Of a stretch of DNA of 64,000 nt, positions 17,901-27,402 are shown in pieces. This stretch comes from Candidatus Omnitrophota bacterium (GTDB lineage: Bacteria > Ratteibacteria > UBA8468 > MWAK01), in NCBI GenBank assembly GCA_043797665.1, contig JAZDPL010000061.1, forward strand, positions 1,065 to 65,064. The letters run 5' to 3'. A program made the translations under genes and the position numbers. Below the pieces are notes generated by a model. It saw nothing but the letters and a program-made list of their open reading frames with translations, was not told the origin of the DNA and did no database searches. Position 1 is the first letter of the stretch. Each line of letters begins with the position of its first letter.

Positions 17901-20900
17901 CGGGTCCCGTACCCGATTCCGTAAGTACGCAACGGCTCAATATTACTGCCGTGAATCCGTGCCCGGAATTTGTCGTTCAGGGCCATACCGATATTGGTGC
18001 GGACCACCAGGAAGAATGTAAGTCCGGTGTCCGGGACGGTTTCCGGTGTCTTCAACTGGAGGAGGAGCCGGTAGTAACCCTCTTCGCCTCCACTCAGAGA
18101 AGAAGGGGAAATGACCGGGGTAAGGAGGGTGTCGTTATCGTCAAACGATTCATTGCTATTGGCGTCTTTATAGAGGCTAAGGCCGCTGGTAATGGCGGTG
18201 TCAAGACCAGCCAGGTCAGAAAGGGTAAAACTGCTTTCGGGAATAATCTGGGCTACTACACTCTGTAAATAGATCGGGTTTCCGCTTTCCGGACCATAGG
18301 CTTTAATCTTAAAGACCGCGGTGGGGTCACTCCCCCGGTCAATGCTCTGGCCGGAGGCGGTCAAATCGGTGATGAAGGTCGGGACATTGGCTGAAACGGA
18401 GTCGGCAGTTACGTCGTCCTCAAGGTCAGCGTCAAAGACGATATTGCCGTTATAGACCGAGGAGTAGCCGGAAATCTGAACATCCTGTCTTCCCACCTCT
18501 ACGTTTATCTTGTCAAGGTAATCTATCGTTTCACTGGTGGCCAGACAAATAAAGTAATCATCACCCCGGTTGGTGCCGGCGGTATCACCGCCGGTATCAT
18601 CAGACAAGGTAAACCCGGAACGGCTGATGGGTGCGGAAGGTGAAACTAAGCCGGAAAATTTTCCGCCCCCTTCATCAAGCCAGGATTGAGGCTGGATAGA
18701 AACGATGGTATCGGAAGCGTCAAAAGAACCGGCCTGGCCGGAACTCTTATTGTCCTTGTAAAGCGTCAGGCCGCCCGTCTGGCTGCCACCCAGAATAGAT
18801 AGAAGGTCACTTGAGTCCAGCCCGGTTCCGGACAGGGTTATTTTAATCTGGTCAAAAGTCTCGTTACTGCTTTCACCGAAGGCCAGATTAAGACCGACAA
18901 TCGGTATGGGGCTGCTGGTGGCGTCAATATACCGGGGCGTCAAATCTGAAAGCCGGAAGAGGATGTAGCCGGTGTCTACGCCGGTATCGTCAAGAGAAAA
19001 GGCATTCTGACCGGCCAGGGGCACCTGTTTAAACTTGATATCTCCCACGGAAAGATAACTCTTAAAGGTGGCGCCGCGGGCCGGGTTGGTCGGGTTGACC
19101 CGCAAGACCACAAAGTAGTCGGTGAAATTGTTAGAGGTCTGGGGAATAACGGTGCGGGAATCGGTCGCATCCAGGAAGATTTGTAATTTTTTGGTATCCC
19201 CGCTGCCGCTCCAGGTATACCCGCTGCTGGTTCCGCGGGTGGTGTCAATCCTCAACGGGAAATCAGCGGTGCTTCCAAAAATTCCATCCCCCTGGTCCGC
19301 ATAGACCGCCACCCCGCGAGCCGCCAGGTCAATGGAGGTCAAAGAGTTAAGTTTAGTCTGGGGGTTGAACCTTCCGCCGCTGGTATCCTGAAAGGTTACG
19401 GTAAGGGAATCCAGGGCTTCGGTCTGATAGGTAGTGGCGTTGGTCTGGGTACCGGCGTTTCCCGCAACTTTGATTCCTAAAACCGCGGTCGGCGTATCTA
19501 AGGGCAGAACCGTAGGTTTTTTAAGAAATTTGGGGAGGTTCAGGCCGGTATCATAATCAAGGTACTCATCCTGAGTGAGAAGGAAGTCCTGGTCGGTCCG
19601 CAAAAGATAATCCTTATCCGGCTCAGCCATCTCTTCCGGAATAGAATAATCGTAATCGGTGTCTACCACCAGAAGGTCAGTAACTTTTGCTTCTACCGCC
19701 AAGGTATGCGTGGTAAGGGTCCCGGAGGGAACAGATAGGGAATCCGCACTATCTTTAGTAATAACCAGGTCATCTATCGTAGCGGTGAACTTAAGGTTGT
19801 GCGGCAAACCGGCTTCGGTCTTTAAAACCAGGTAATAGTCATAACCGGTACTGGCGCCGGAATCATTCACCGGCAGGGTATCGGGAGAGGTGAGGTCCAG
19901 GACCCCGTTAAATTTGCCGGGAGTATCTCCATCCGCAGTCCAGGCCAGGGAAGTATCTAAGGCAGTGTCCTCTTTACTGAAGTAGCCCTGACTGGAAGCA
20001 TAATTATCTTTGTAAACCGCAAAATTGAGCAGACCGGTATCCAGGTCCACACCGTCGGTAACATCCGCATCCTGAACGTTAAGGTGTATTTGCTTCAGGT
20101 AGACCACGATTTGTGTATCGGTAAAGAGGTTAAAGCCAAAAAGAGCCATTCCGGTACTGCCGTTTTCCGGCAGAACACCCTGATTTCCCGCGGTGGTCAG
20201 ACGGTTAGCGGTCAGGCTGTAGGTAGCCGTAACCATCTGGGCAATCAGGCCCCGGTTAGTGTCCATCGTAATGGTGATGGGATTGTCCGTAGCGCCTTCC
20301 ACGGGACCGCCGGCGGTCTTATCACCCTGGCCGCTCCAGTAATTGAAGAGGTAACCACTGTTTGGATACGCGGTGATTACGACGTCGGAATCCGGGAGGA
20401 CATTATCGTAGTACCCGACCCCTAAATCCGGCCGGCCGGTATCCGGCGTGAAGGTAACGGTTCCGCTGGCGGCCGGTGAAACTGCGGTAAATAACTGATA
20501 GGCATCCGCGGCGCCCAGGATAAAGTGTGCGGTAACCGAACGCGGCGCACTCATCGTCACCGAAATAAAGGGTATGTCTCCGGTGTAATCGCCGGTCCAC
20601 TCGTCAAAGATGGAGCCGGGGTCCGGAGTTGCGGTCACCACCACCACCGCACCGGCATCCTGCCAACCGGTCACCGGATAGACACTACCGTCGGCTCCGT
20701 CGGTCCCGGAGGTGGCGGTAGTCAACATATACTGGGTCTTCCACTGCCAGGTAAGGATGGAATTCTGGGTGATGGTAATGAGGCCGGTATTATTGGTAAT
20801 TCCGGTGAGCGGCACGCTTCCTGTTCCAACCCAGCCGGTGCAGACATATTGAGTTCCTGCCGGCCCGGCAACCGGGGAGGTAACGCTGCAGGTAACGGTA

Positions 20901-23900
20901 TTTCCGGCATCGTAGTATGTCGTGCCGGAAGGTGTCGGTGTGTCATAGGCTGAGGAAACGGTCAGGGAAAACTTCTGCATAGTCAGGACATTGCCTGTGG
21001 TAAGGTACTCACCCGAATTATCCGGAACCGGTGGGCCGCCGGCAAACTTAATGCCCTCTCCTACCGGAGAAGAAAGGGAAGAGCGAATCTGTGCCTGGAT
21101 GGTATTCCCCTGGGTAACTATGTTTCTGGTCTTAATTACCACAAAGTAGTCATCCCCGGTATCCGTTCCCGTATCTTCGTCGGGGACCGAGACCTGGTTA
21201 GCACCCGAGGTATTAAAAGTAATCCGAACCCGGTTGGCGTCAACCCAGGAAATGGACGCGGGGGTGACCAGGTCATCCTCAGAATCAAAAACTCCATAGG
21301 TGCCGTTAACCGGGTTATCGTAATAGAAAGCCACGCCGCTGCTGGTGGTGGGGCCTAAGTCCTCTAAGTTTGTCTGGACGTTGGTTCCCGAAAAATAGAT
21401 ATTAACCTCGGAGACGGTATCGGCCAGAGGACTGTCGCTGTCGTAAAGGTTGATACCGAGGACCGGCTCCTGCTGACCGGCGGCAATCAAAGTACCGGAT
21501 TCCACCAAATCGGTCAGGAAGACCGGAATCCGGCTGGTAATAGGGTTGGTGGTCAAATCGGTGTTGGCAAAAGACCTTCCCGAAGAAAAAGTGATGCCGT
21601 TGGAAGGAAGGGAAAGACTGAAACTGTCCTGATATTTAATTTCGCTGCCGGTGCGAAAGACCACAAAGAAGTCCGGACCGCCATCACTGTCATCGGCAGG
21701 CAGGTTGACCACCGGGTTAAGGTTCAAATCAACAAAGTAGCCTAACCGGTCCCGGTCCCGGCCCAGAAAGTAGATATCCTCACCGTCGTCGTAGTGAGTA
21801 CTACCATCACTGTCATAATAAGCAAAACCATTATTTTCATCAACCAAACTCCCGGAAACACCATCGGCCAAACTTCCGGTGATTATCGTTCCGTCAGTGG
21901 CCGATTGATATGTCCCGTTAGCGTTGTTATCTACCCATAAACCGTCACCGCCGCTCCAGATGCTGTTGCCATCCGCATCATACCAGTAAATATCGGGGTC
22001 AGCGGCATCAAACTTTTCTAAGACGGTACCGGCCGGCACCGGAATCGGCTCCTGGCTGCCGGTTCCGTTACTATCAATCCCGTCGCTATCCACAAAACTA
22101 TCCGTGTAGTCTGCCTTCCAGCCCGTAGTGATCGAGGGCAGGACTGTATCAGTGGTGCGGTCAAAAGAACCGTTGTGGTTGGTGTCCTGATAAACCGCTA
22201 AGCCGCTGGTCGCATCGCTGGAAAGTGTGGCCAGGGCGGAATCCGCACCTAAACCATCGGTGAGGGGATTAAAGTAAACCCTAAGCCGGTTAAGGGTATT
22301 ACCCTGGGTATCGGAGACGTTAAGCCCGATACCGGCAAACGGGTCACTGGTCGCGTCAACCCGGAAATCAAGCGGTATCTCATCCTCCAAATCGGCGGCT
22401 GTTACCGTCTGGCAGGTCAACTGCCGGCCGGTAATCCGCTCGTAACTGCGGTAGTTGATGTCGAAAACCTCAAACTGGTCACCAGGGTCAATCCCATCAC
22501 CGTTAAAGTTAGCCTCGTAACAGGTAACGGTGTTTGCGGTAACCTCCTTTACCAGATAAATCTTATTCCCACCGCCGGCAGAACTGGTAAAGATGAGGGT
22601 ATTCCCGGCAGAGATGCCGGCAGTAGCCGCCACCGACAGGGTATCGTAATTTACCTGCGTCACCATGTATGGCCCGTCGACCGAAGAAGCGTCAGTCGTA
22701 AAGCCGACCGCCCGGGTATCTAAGTATTTGGAACTACTAGGTACCTGTAACCAGTCATTAAAACCAACATTACTGCCCATCAGCCGTACCCGGAACTTAT
22801 CACCCGCGCTAATCGTATCACTGGTGCGGATGACCAGGAAGTAATCCGGGCCGGAGTAATTATTCCCTTCGGCGACGTCGTTAATGTCGTGCGGCCAGAG
22901 GTCTGCCTCATGGTTAATATAAAAAGGAGCATTCGGTGCAGCCGGTGACTTCAAAATGAGGTGTACCCGGTAGAACCCCTCGCCGGTAAACTTCTGCCAG
23001 ACGATTGGTACCACCGCAAGGTCCACCGCAGTATCTCCGCTGTCAAAAACACCCCGGGTCCCGGTGGTCTTATTATCTTTATATAAAGCCAGACCGCTAC
23101 TGGTAGCAGTGGCGGAAAGGTCTTCGAGGTCGTCCATCGTGAAACTGTCATCGTCGCTGTAAAACTGGACTACTAAGGAAGAGAGATAAAGGTCAGTGGC
23201 TGGGTCGGTATCCGGCTTGATAAAATTTAATCCAAGCACCGGGATATCCCCGCTTTGGGCCGAGATGGAATCAGAGGTGGTCACATCGGTCAGGAAGGTC
23301 GGCGGGTTGGCATTGATCGTCCTGACCGTCACGCCGCTTCCGTCCGCATTCTGTTTGTCTCCCAGAACCACCTCGTGGTCAGCCACCCGGACAATAATCT
23401 CGTCGTCAAAGTCAATGCCCCGGGCGCCGGGGACCTCCTGGTAAGGCTGATTACTGTTAGTGCGGATACAGACAAAGTAGTCGTCACCCCGGTACGCGCC
23501 GGCACCGTCTTCATAGTCGTCATCATCGTGAACGTCCTGGCCGGCGACCGGCTTTAAGGTTACGTAATATTCTCCGCCATCCAACGTCCATTCCAAATAT
23601 TCGGGGTCAGTATTGATGGTGACCAGGGTATCATGCTCATCCCAAATACCTACATTCTCCGTGTCGGCGGATTTGTCATCCTTATAAAGAGAGACGCCGC
23701 TGGTAACGGTATCGGAAAGGGCCGCTAAGTCAGTGGTTTGAAAGCCGGTCCCGGAAAACCGCACCGTGATGGAATCAAAGGTCTTATTGCACTCGGTGTC
23801 ATTCCCTCCGTTTGCCGTTGTTGGCGCGTCGGTCAGGTTAATCCCCAGGACCGGAATCGGGCCGCTGGTGGCGTCAATCCGGAAGGGTGAGTAGTCATCG

Positions 23901-25765
23901 CCATTCGGCGAATCCCAACTAGGGGTATTCTGGTTGCAATCCCGGCGGTAGTCAGAGGGAGAGTTATAGTGGAGTTTAAGGTTGGCGTAAATGGTCTTGA
24001 CGTCTTCCATCTTCCGGCGCAGTCCGGTGACCGGACTTGCTCGCCAGAACTCAACGTCTCCGGGTTTAACCCAGACCTTAAAGTTACTGCCAAAAGTGAC
24101 GTTCTCACTGGTACGTAAGCAAACCAGGTAGTCTATCTTCTGGTCAGCAGTCTCCGGAATAAGAACATTGGGGTCAGTAGCGGGGCTTGGAAGAGGACAG
24201 ATCAGACTCCACTCGTCAATGACGTAGACGCAGTCATCGAGATTAGCAATACCGGTAATCCCGGAATTCAGGGTCAGTCTATTGGTGGTATTGGAAGCAA
24301 TCATTGACCACTGACCTTCCGCGGCACCGCTACCGCTCAGAAACCGGACAATCGCGCCGGCATACTGATTACCTTCCCAGTTCTGGTTGGCGTCGTTAAT
24401 TACCGAGTCGGCACCGACGGTATCGACGGTACCCGCGGAACCGACCAGCCGGTCAGCCCAGTCATTACCGATAATCTCGTAAAACGAATTGACGCCCGGA
24501 TGATCGTTGCCGGCGTCATCGATATCCCAAGCGTCTGCAACGGTAATCGTATGGGTGCCATGGTCAACGTCAGTAATCCTGCGATACTGACCTCGACAGT
24601 CACCGCTGACAATCCGCACATAACAACCGCTGTTGAAAAGGTTGTCAGTCCAGGTGGTCTCTTCAGCATCAACCAAAGTGGTAGCGCTGCCATCACTGGC
24701 GACACCACTGGTCAAGAGCCTGAGCCACTCATCAGCGTGTGAGCCATAGGAGCCGTTATCATACCCCTCCGGACGAGCGATTAACTCGCCGCTATCCGGC
24801 AGCCGGTTCTGATTGCTATCCCGCCAGAAGGTAATCCCCATCTCGGCATCAATGCCGAAATGGTCAAAGGCACTCGCCGGGTTGAAGTTTGGTGTTATGG
24901 TCGGATTGAAGGTGAGGATAACGTAAGAAAGGTAATCATCAAACCCATAGGTACTGTTAGAATAGCCACCGTAGGCGCCGACGTCTAAACCCAGGACCGG
25001 CGTGGTCTTGAACATCGGCAATAACTGGTCCTGCTCCAGTGACCCTTTCCAAAGGGTAGCGCCATCTTTCCTCTCCTCCGGCGAACCGAAGACAAGGAGG
25101 TCGGGGTCAGGATAGTATTCCAGAAGATTTTGCTCAAGAGTGGAGTCAGCGTTATCACTATCAAAAGGCATCAATTCAACGATTCGGCTCTCGCAGGTAA
25201 TCGTACCGGTAGTAATGCCGTAAACGCCGGTTATGAATCCAAAGCTAGTATCAGTGACCATAACGGTAAAAGCATCAAAGTGGGTTATGTCATCGGAGGT
25301 CCGGATAACGATGAAGTAGTCATATCCGGCGTTGGCTCCGGCATCGTCCCCAGGTACGAAGTCACCCCCCCCAATTGTTATAGTATCCCAGGGTACTCCT
25401 CCCACATCACTACCTATCGGGGTATCCCCGGAATCAAAAACTTGTCCACCACTCCCATCGGTAACCTTGCTAGTATTCTTGTAGAGATAGACACCGAGTA
25501 ACTTGCTATCGTCATAGTCATAGATACTGTTAATGGCTACGGTAACCCCCGTGAGAGTGTCAATGCCCGGAGCGTCGGTGGTAAGGTTTAAGCCGATTAC
25601 CGCGGTATACGGACTGCGGGGCAGGATTCCCTGTCCCTCTATTGTTAAACTGGTGGCAGAACCGGAGGTGGCCGCAAAGGCCGGCGCAGAATACAAAAGG
25701 GCAAAAAATAAGAGGTAGCCGCAGGCTTTAGCCTGCGTAACCTTTAAAACCCGTTTCTTAATCAT
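14984..25765 (-). CDS. giant (~3,590 aa) secreted modular surface protein with C-terminal CFIATAAFG module
   Basis: One 10.8-kb uninterrupted frame. Start placed at MIKKRVLK...APAFAATSG (signal peptide). At least 9 recurrences of a module bear ...G(L/V)(A/S)(L/V)YKD...FDxxD... then ...DY(F/Y)(V/L)V(I/L)(R/K)T.... InlB-B-repeat-like and FN3-like segments lie near the C-terminus. Confidence 0.85.
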   Translation of the reverse strand: MIKKRVLKVTQAKACGYLLFFALLYSAPAFAATSGSATSLTIEGQGILPRSPYTAVIGLNLTTDAPGIDTLTGVTVAINSIYDYDDSKLLGVYLYKNTSKVTDGSGGQVFDSGDTPIGSDVGGVPWDTITIGGGDFVPGDDAGANAGYDYFIVIRTSDDITHFDAFTVMVTDTSFGFITGVYGITTGTITCESRIVELMPFDSDNADSTLEQNLLEYYPDPDLLVFGSPEERKDGATLWKGSLEQDQLLPMFKTTPVLGLDVGAYGGYSNSTYGFDDYLSYVILTFNPTITPNFNPASAFDHFGIDAEMGITFWRDSNQNRLPDSGELIARPEGYDNGSYGSHADEWLRLLTSGVASDGSATTLVDAEETTWTDNLFNSGCYVRIVSGDCRGQYRRITDVDHGTHTITVADAWDIDDAGNDHPGVNSFYEIIGNDWADRLVGSAGTVDTVGADSVINDANQNWEGNQYAGAIVRFLSGSGAAEGQWSMIASNTTNRLTLNSGITGIANLDDCVYVIDEWSLICPLPSPATDPNVLIPETADQKIDYLVCLRTSENVTFGSNFKVWVKPGDVEFWRASPVTGLRRKMEDVKTIYANLKLHYNSPSDYRRDCNQNTPSWDSPNGDDYSPFRIDATSGPIPVLGINLTDAPTTANGGNDTECNKTFDSITVRFSGTGFQTTDLAALSDTVTSGVSLYKDDKSADTENVGIWDEHDTLVTINTDPEYLEWTLDGGEYYVTLKPVAGQDVHDDDDYEDGAGAYRGDDYFVCIRTNSNQPYQEVPGARGIDFDDEIIVRVADHEVVLGDKQNADGSGVTVRTINANPPTFLTDVTTSDSISAQSGDIPVLGLNFIKPDTDPATDLYLSSLVVQFYSDDDSFTMDDLEDLSATATSSGLALYKDNKTTGTRGVFDSGDTAVDLAVVPIVWQKFTGEGFYRVHLILKSPAAPNAPFYINHEADLWPHDINDVAEGNNYSGPDYFLVIRTSDTISAGDKFRVRLMGSNVGFNDWLQVPSSSKYLDTRAVGFTTDASSVDGPYMVTQVNYDTLSVAATAGISAGNTLIFTSSAGGGNKIYLVKEVTANTVTCYEANFNGDGIDPGDQFEVFDINYRSYERITGRQLTCQTVTAADLEDEIPLDFRVDATSDPFAGIGLNVSDTQGNTLNRLRVYFNPLTDGLGADSALATLSSDATSGLAVYQDTNHNGSFDRTTDTVLPSITTGWKADYTDSFVDSDGIDSNGTGSQEPIPVPAGTVLEKFDAADPDIYWYDADGNSIWSGGDGLWVDNNANGTYQSATDGTIITGSLADGVSGSLVDENNGFAYYDSDGSTHYDDGEDIYFLGRDRDRLGYFVDLNLNPVVNLPADDSDGGPDFFVVFRTGSEIKYQDSFSLSLPSNGITFSSGRSFANTDLTTNPITSRIPVFLTDLVESGTLIAAGQQEPVLGINLYDSDSPLADTVSEVNIYFSGTNVQTNLEDLGPTTSSGVAFYYDNPVNGTYGVFDSEDDLVTPASISWVDANRVRITFNTSGANQVSVPDEDTGTDTGDDYFVVIKTRNIVTQGNTIQAQIRSSLSSPVGEGIKFAGGPPVPDNSGEYLTTGNVLTMQKFSLTVSSAYDTPTPSGTTYYDAGNTVTCSVTSPVAGPAGTQYVCTGWVGTGSVPLTGITNNTGLITITQNSILTWQWKTQYMLTTATSGTDGADGSVYPVTGWQDAGAVVVVTATPDPGSIFDEWTGDYTGDIPFISVTMSAPRSVTAHFILGAADAYQLFTAVSPAASGTVTFTPDTGRPDLGVGYYDNVLPDSDVVITAYPNSGYLFNYWSGQGDKTAGGPVEGATDNPITITMDTNRGLIAQMVTATYSLTANRLTTAGNQGVLPENGSTGMALFGFNLFTDTQIVVYLKQIHLNVQDADVTDGVDLDTGLLNFAVYKDNYASSQGYFSKEDTALDTSLAWTADGDTPGKFNGVLDLTSPDTLPVNDSGASTGYDYYLVLKTEAGLPHNLKFTATIDDLVITKDSADSLSVPSGTLTTHTLAVEAKVTDLLVVDTDYDYSIPEEMAEPDKDYLLRTDQDFLLTQDEYLDYDTGLNLPKFLKKPTVLPLDTPTAVLGIKVAGNAGTQTNATTYQTEALDSLTVTFQDTSGGRFNPQTKLNSLTSIDLAARGVAVYADQGDGIFGSTADFPLRIDTTRGTSSGYTWSGSGDTKKLQIFLDATDSRTVIPQTSNNFTDYFVVLRVNPTNPARGATFKSYLSVGDIKFKQVPLAGQNAFSLDDTGVDTGYILFRLSDLTPRYIDATSSPIPIVGLNLAFGESSNETFDQIKITLSGTGLDSSDLLSILGGSQTGGLTLYKDNKSSGQAGSFDASDTIVSIQPQSWLDEGGGKFSGLVSPSAPISRSGFTLSDDTGGDTAGTNRGDDYFICLATSETIDYLDKINVEVGRQDVQISGYSSVYNGNIVFDADLEDDVTADSVSANVPTFITDLTASGQSIDRGSDPTAVFKIKAYGPESGNPIYLQSVVAQIIPESSFTLSDLAGLDTAITSGLSLYKDANSNESFDDNDTLLTPVISPSSLSGGEEGYYRLLLQLKTPETVPDTGLTFFLVVRTNIGMALNDKFRARIHGSNIEPLRTYGIGYGTRSSNDDQLYQDRTIDVGGVDEDTLTVTTVVNNAVGNDYTKQWYVLVKSGIAKGKVYKVASLDGTQLIITCTGADFVSDGVEDGNTIRLFKVDAFTFEKEESYSLTGTGQPTPYLRLTFLNPTAAGEDGNRSYTVNWQVARDGGSGQPSGTILLYYDNNKDPANKSLITTLPFASLSGSYTWDTRSVPRGTYYLYGEVTEGSTTAGSYSTGTVGINLLPLITITAPTGPGEKALNQEYFIRWTAANLDLLSGSGKVSLFRVTETTYIDTTLIISDRAVTDSGYQWDTTGVPNGIYRIYAVLRDDDSTDTDLSTGSIDVRDYAAPAEMEVSQPADNLLLDGTLDQILYPSSPPTISRDQVLAVFKSSDHICWYDTWVSGEWDILYDSLWLDADDNSYFNTGDTLLAGITPGSDKSGVNLIKSNPFAYWDFNGSGTWDTDEAIVYEGEDGNCRFSYSNPVVDIIWDSSPAGQNAPTSTFTNLYLDTDTNPDNEFSGEIYSDTVLTGESLAKSLTYDFSQLSIAQHGTYYLALGITEENNWYPAVYDYAPGTVTVESAPDLVITRPETDTDIWPDYPFNITYLASDPDDSANFEFYLYDAASGDTYPIAGPLVEADGPGSYLWDYAASDTSITIPTDTYLFLRGVIYDGIWSDTDQADGRVRILEEAPSVTLGADATTTTITLTWVDKTPAGEGNKEYRIFRRDATGTDSAWVTIESASESAAPEPEQVDAGTNTWQYIDNDSELQADHSYNYYVGVYITEGGSDYLFTSNTISVTLLAFSQNPTGLVVTPGIMMADLRWTWENGNEILEDGFSIERKGRGETNFTVLGSVTGNSITFGVYTDSAYTDSMLVAEKFYQYRVRAFKYYDTGVTGYSGYSETVEVEIFEEINLSLEEGSVGSCFIATAAFGTPLAKEVEILRQFRERFLMQRDWGRKFVRFYNRHSPPVAEFIRPRPLWCAFTRGLLRPLIWLVNLLG

Positions 25766-25837
25766 AATCGTAAGAATACCCCCTTTCCCATCCGAGGGAA
25801 AGGGAACCCGCGCCTGTAAATAATCAGTAAAAGCCGT

Positions 25838-25972
25838 GTCATTCTGAGGCACGGGTACCCTACCATCAAGGTAGGGAACCGAAGAATCTATCCGGATTCT
25901 TCACGGAGCCTGTTCCTTCATTTCATTCAGGACAAGCTCTGAGCGAGATTCTTCGCTACGCTCAGAATGACA
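25838..25972. repeat. composite of R2-family hairpins upstream of the giant gene
   Basis: GTCATTCTGAGGC...GAAGAATCTATCCGGATTCTTC...GAGATTCTTCGCTACGCTCAGAATGACA. Confidence 0.75.
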
Positions 25973-25993
25973 GGAAGTGAAGCCCGCCTATTC

Positions 25994-26018
25994 GGGTCGG
26001 ATGAATCCGACCCCTACA
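25994..26018. repeat. R1 half-unit
   Basis: GGGTCGGATGAATCCGACCCCTACA (single hairpin plus the right closing arm). Confidence 0.7.
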
Positions 26019-26109
26019 TTTTTGTGCAGGGCATAACAGACTCCACTTGAGTATTTACTATATTATTAAACCTTATATTACGGAAGTATGTCAAGTCAAA
26101 TCCCCTAAA

Positions 26110-26168
26110 TGTAGGGGTCGGATTCATCCGACCCGAAAAACGCGGGCTTGATAAATCAAGCCCCTACA
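26110..26168. repeat. R1 double-hairpin repeat
   Basis: TGTAGGGGTCGGATTCATCCGACCCGAAAAACGCGGGCTTGATAAATCAAGCCCCTACA. Confidence 0.9.
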
Positions 26169-26213
26169 GCTTTGGATTAACAGGGGAAATAAAAGATATA
26201 AATTCCTGTAGGT

Positions 26214-26885
26214 TCAAGTAAGATGGAAGCGGAGAGGCAGGATTGCCCAGGTAGGTTCGCCCTCTTGCGGTGCAAAACGCCAACGGCTTACCGTCTCAAT
26301 ACAGATACGGTCCAGGTCAAGATATCCGGAACTCTTCAGAATAGAGACTTCCTTAACTTCCCCGGACTCCTCAACCCAGAGTTTCAATTCTAAATAAGCC
26401 TCCACACCCCGTTCCTTTGCCCAGTCCGGATAGGAGGGAACCGGACTGTAAAGAATTTTTCTGCGGCTGCCGGGTCCGGTAAGGTGAAACAACGGAGTGC
26501 TGACCAAAGACCGGCCCCCTTTATTTTCCGGTAACAGAAGCGGCAGGGCAAGGTCACCTTCAGGAGTTGCCGGCAGAAGAGCGGTATGGGAAATCCGGGG
26601 GGGAACGGTACCCCCTTTAAGACTGAGCGGACCGGAAAGATACTGCGGAACAGGTATTGGTTTCGGAAGATAAACTTGAATCAGGAAACGACCGGCATCT
26701 TCCCTGACTTTTAAGTGCTGTCCGGCTTCATTCCCTGTTCCTGGCGGAGGTGCGGGCAACGGAACCAGTTCCACCGCAACCTGGGTAAACTTTACCACCC
26801 GGCTGGGCAGCGCCAGGACAAAGATGACAAACACAAGAGTGTGACTCGTTAAAGAAAGTGCCAGAGTTTTCTGTAACAACCTCAT
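26214..26885 (-). CDS. tonB: TonB-family energy transducer
   Basis: 223 aa with an N-terminal TM, a Pro-rich stretch (PLPAPPPGTG) and a C-terminal TonB-like domain (YPDWAKERGVEAYLELKLWVEESGEVKEVSILKSSG...RWRFAP). It lies downstream of exbB-exbD. Confidence 0.7.
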   Translation of the reverse strand: MRLLQKTLALSLTSHTLVFVIFVLALPSRVVKFTQVAVELVPLPAPPPGTGNEAGQHLKVREDAGRFLIQVYLPKPIPVPQYLSGPLSLKGGTVPPRISHTALLPATPEGDLALPLLLPENKGGRSLVSTPLFHLTGPGSRRKILYSPVPSYPDWAKERGVEAYLELKLWVEESGEVKEVSILKSSGYLDLDRICIETVSRWRFAPQEGEPTWAILPLRFHLT

Positions 26886-26917
26886 TGTATATTATAAATT
26901 CGAAGTGACCGTAATCT

Positions 26918-26984
26918 GTCATCCTGAGCGATAGCGAAGGATCTAAATGAGAGATTCTTCAGCACAAAACGATTCAGAATGACA
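26918..26984. repeat. R2-family repeat
   Basis: GTCATCCTGAGCGATAGCGAAGGATC...GATTCTTCAGC...CAGAATGACA. Confidence 0.75.
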
Positions 26985-26991
26985 TGGGAAT

Positions 26992-27402
26992 TTATTGTTC
27001 CGGGCTGGTGGCGATAATAAGCCGGTCCGCACCAGCCAGCCGGGCAATATCTAACACCTTTACGACCACACCATGACTGGCGGCTTCATCTCCCTTGACC
27101 AAAATTACAAACCTTCCTTTCCGGCCCTCAGCGGAAAGCAAAACTTCCAGTTCACCTAAACCCACCTGCCGGTCTTTATAGAAAACCTGATTACCTTTGG
27201 TAACCGACACCAGAACCGGCGAGGGAACTCCTTGTTCCGTAGTCTTGGCTTCGGGAAGTTTTATCTTAAGGCCCGGCTGCATGATAAAGGATGAGGTAAG
27301 GAGGAAATAGACTAAAAGGAGGAGGACCACATCGATGAGAGGCGCCATATCCAATTGGCCCGTGGTCATCCGGTGGTGCCGTTTAAACTTTACCTGTTTC
27401 AC
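26992..27402 (-). CDS. exbD: biopolymer transport protein ExbD/TolR
   Basis: 136 aa with the typical N-terminus ...LDMAPLIDVVLLLLVYFL and a periplasmic domain. It overlaps exbB by 4 nt. Confidence 0.85.
   Translation of the reverse strand: MKQVKFKRHHRMTTGQLDMAPLIDVVLLLLVYFLLTSSFIMQPGLKIKLPEAKTTEQGVPSPVLVSVTKGNQVFYKDRQVGLGELEVLLSAEGRKGRFVILVKGDEAASHGVVVKVLDIARLAGADRLIIATSPEQ

Noticed and set aside
15668-25718. Dozens of 60-240-aa ORFs on either strand nested within the giant gene, and similar ones within the M4, S8, hsdR, hsdM, hsdS and DUF262 genes.
   Set aside because: These are shadow ORFs inside long, well-supported genes. They are low-complexity, Arg/Pro/Gly-rich translations typical of off-frame reading of GC-rich coding DNA.
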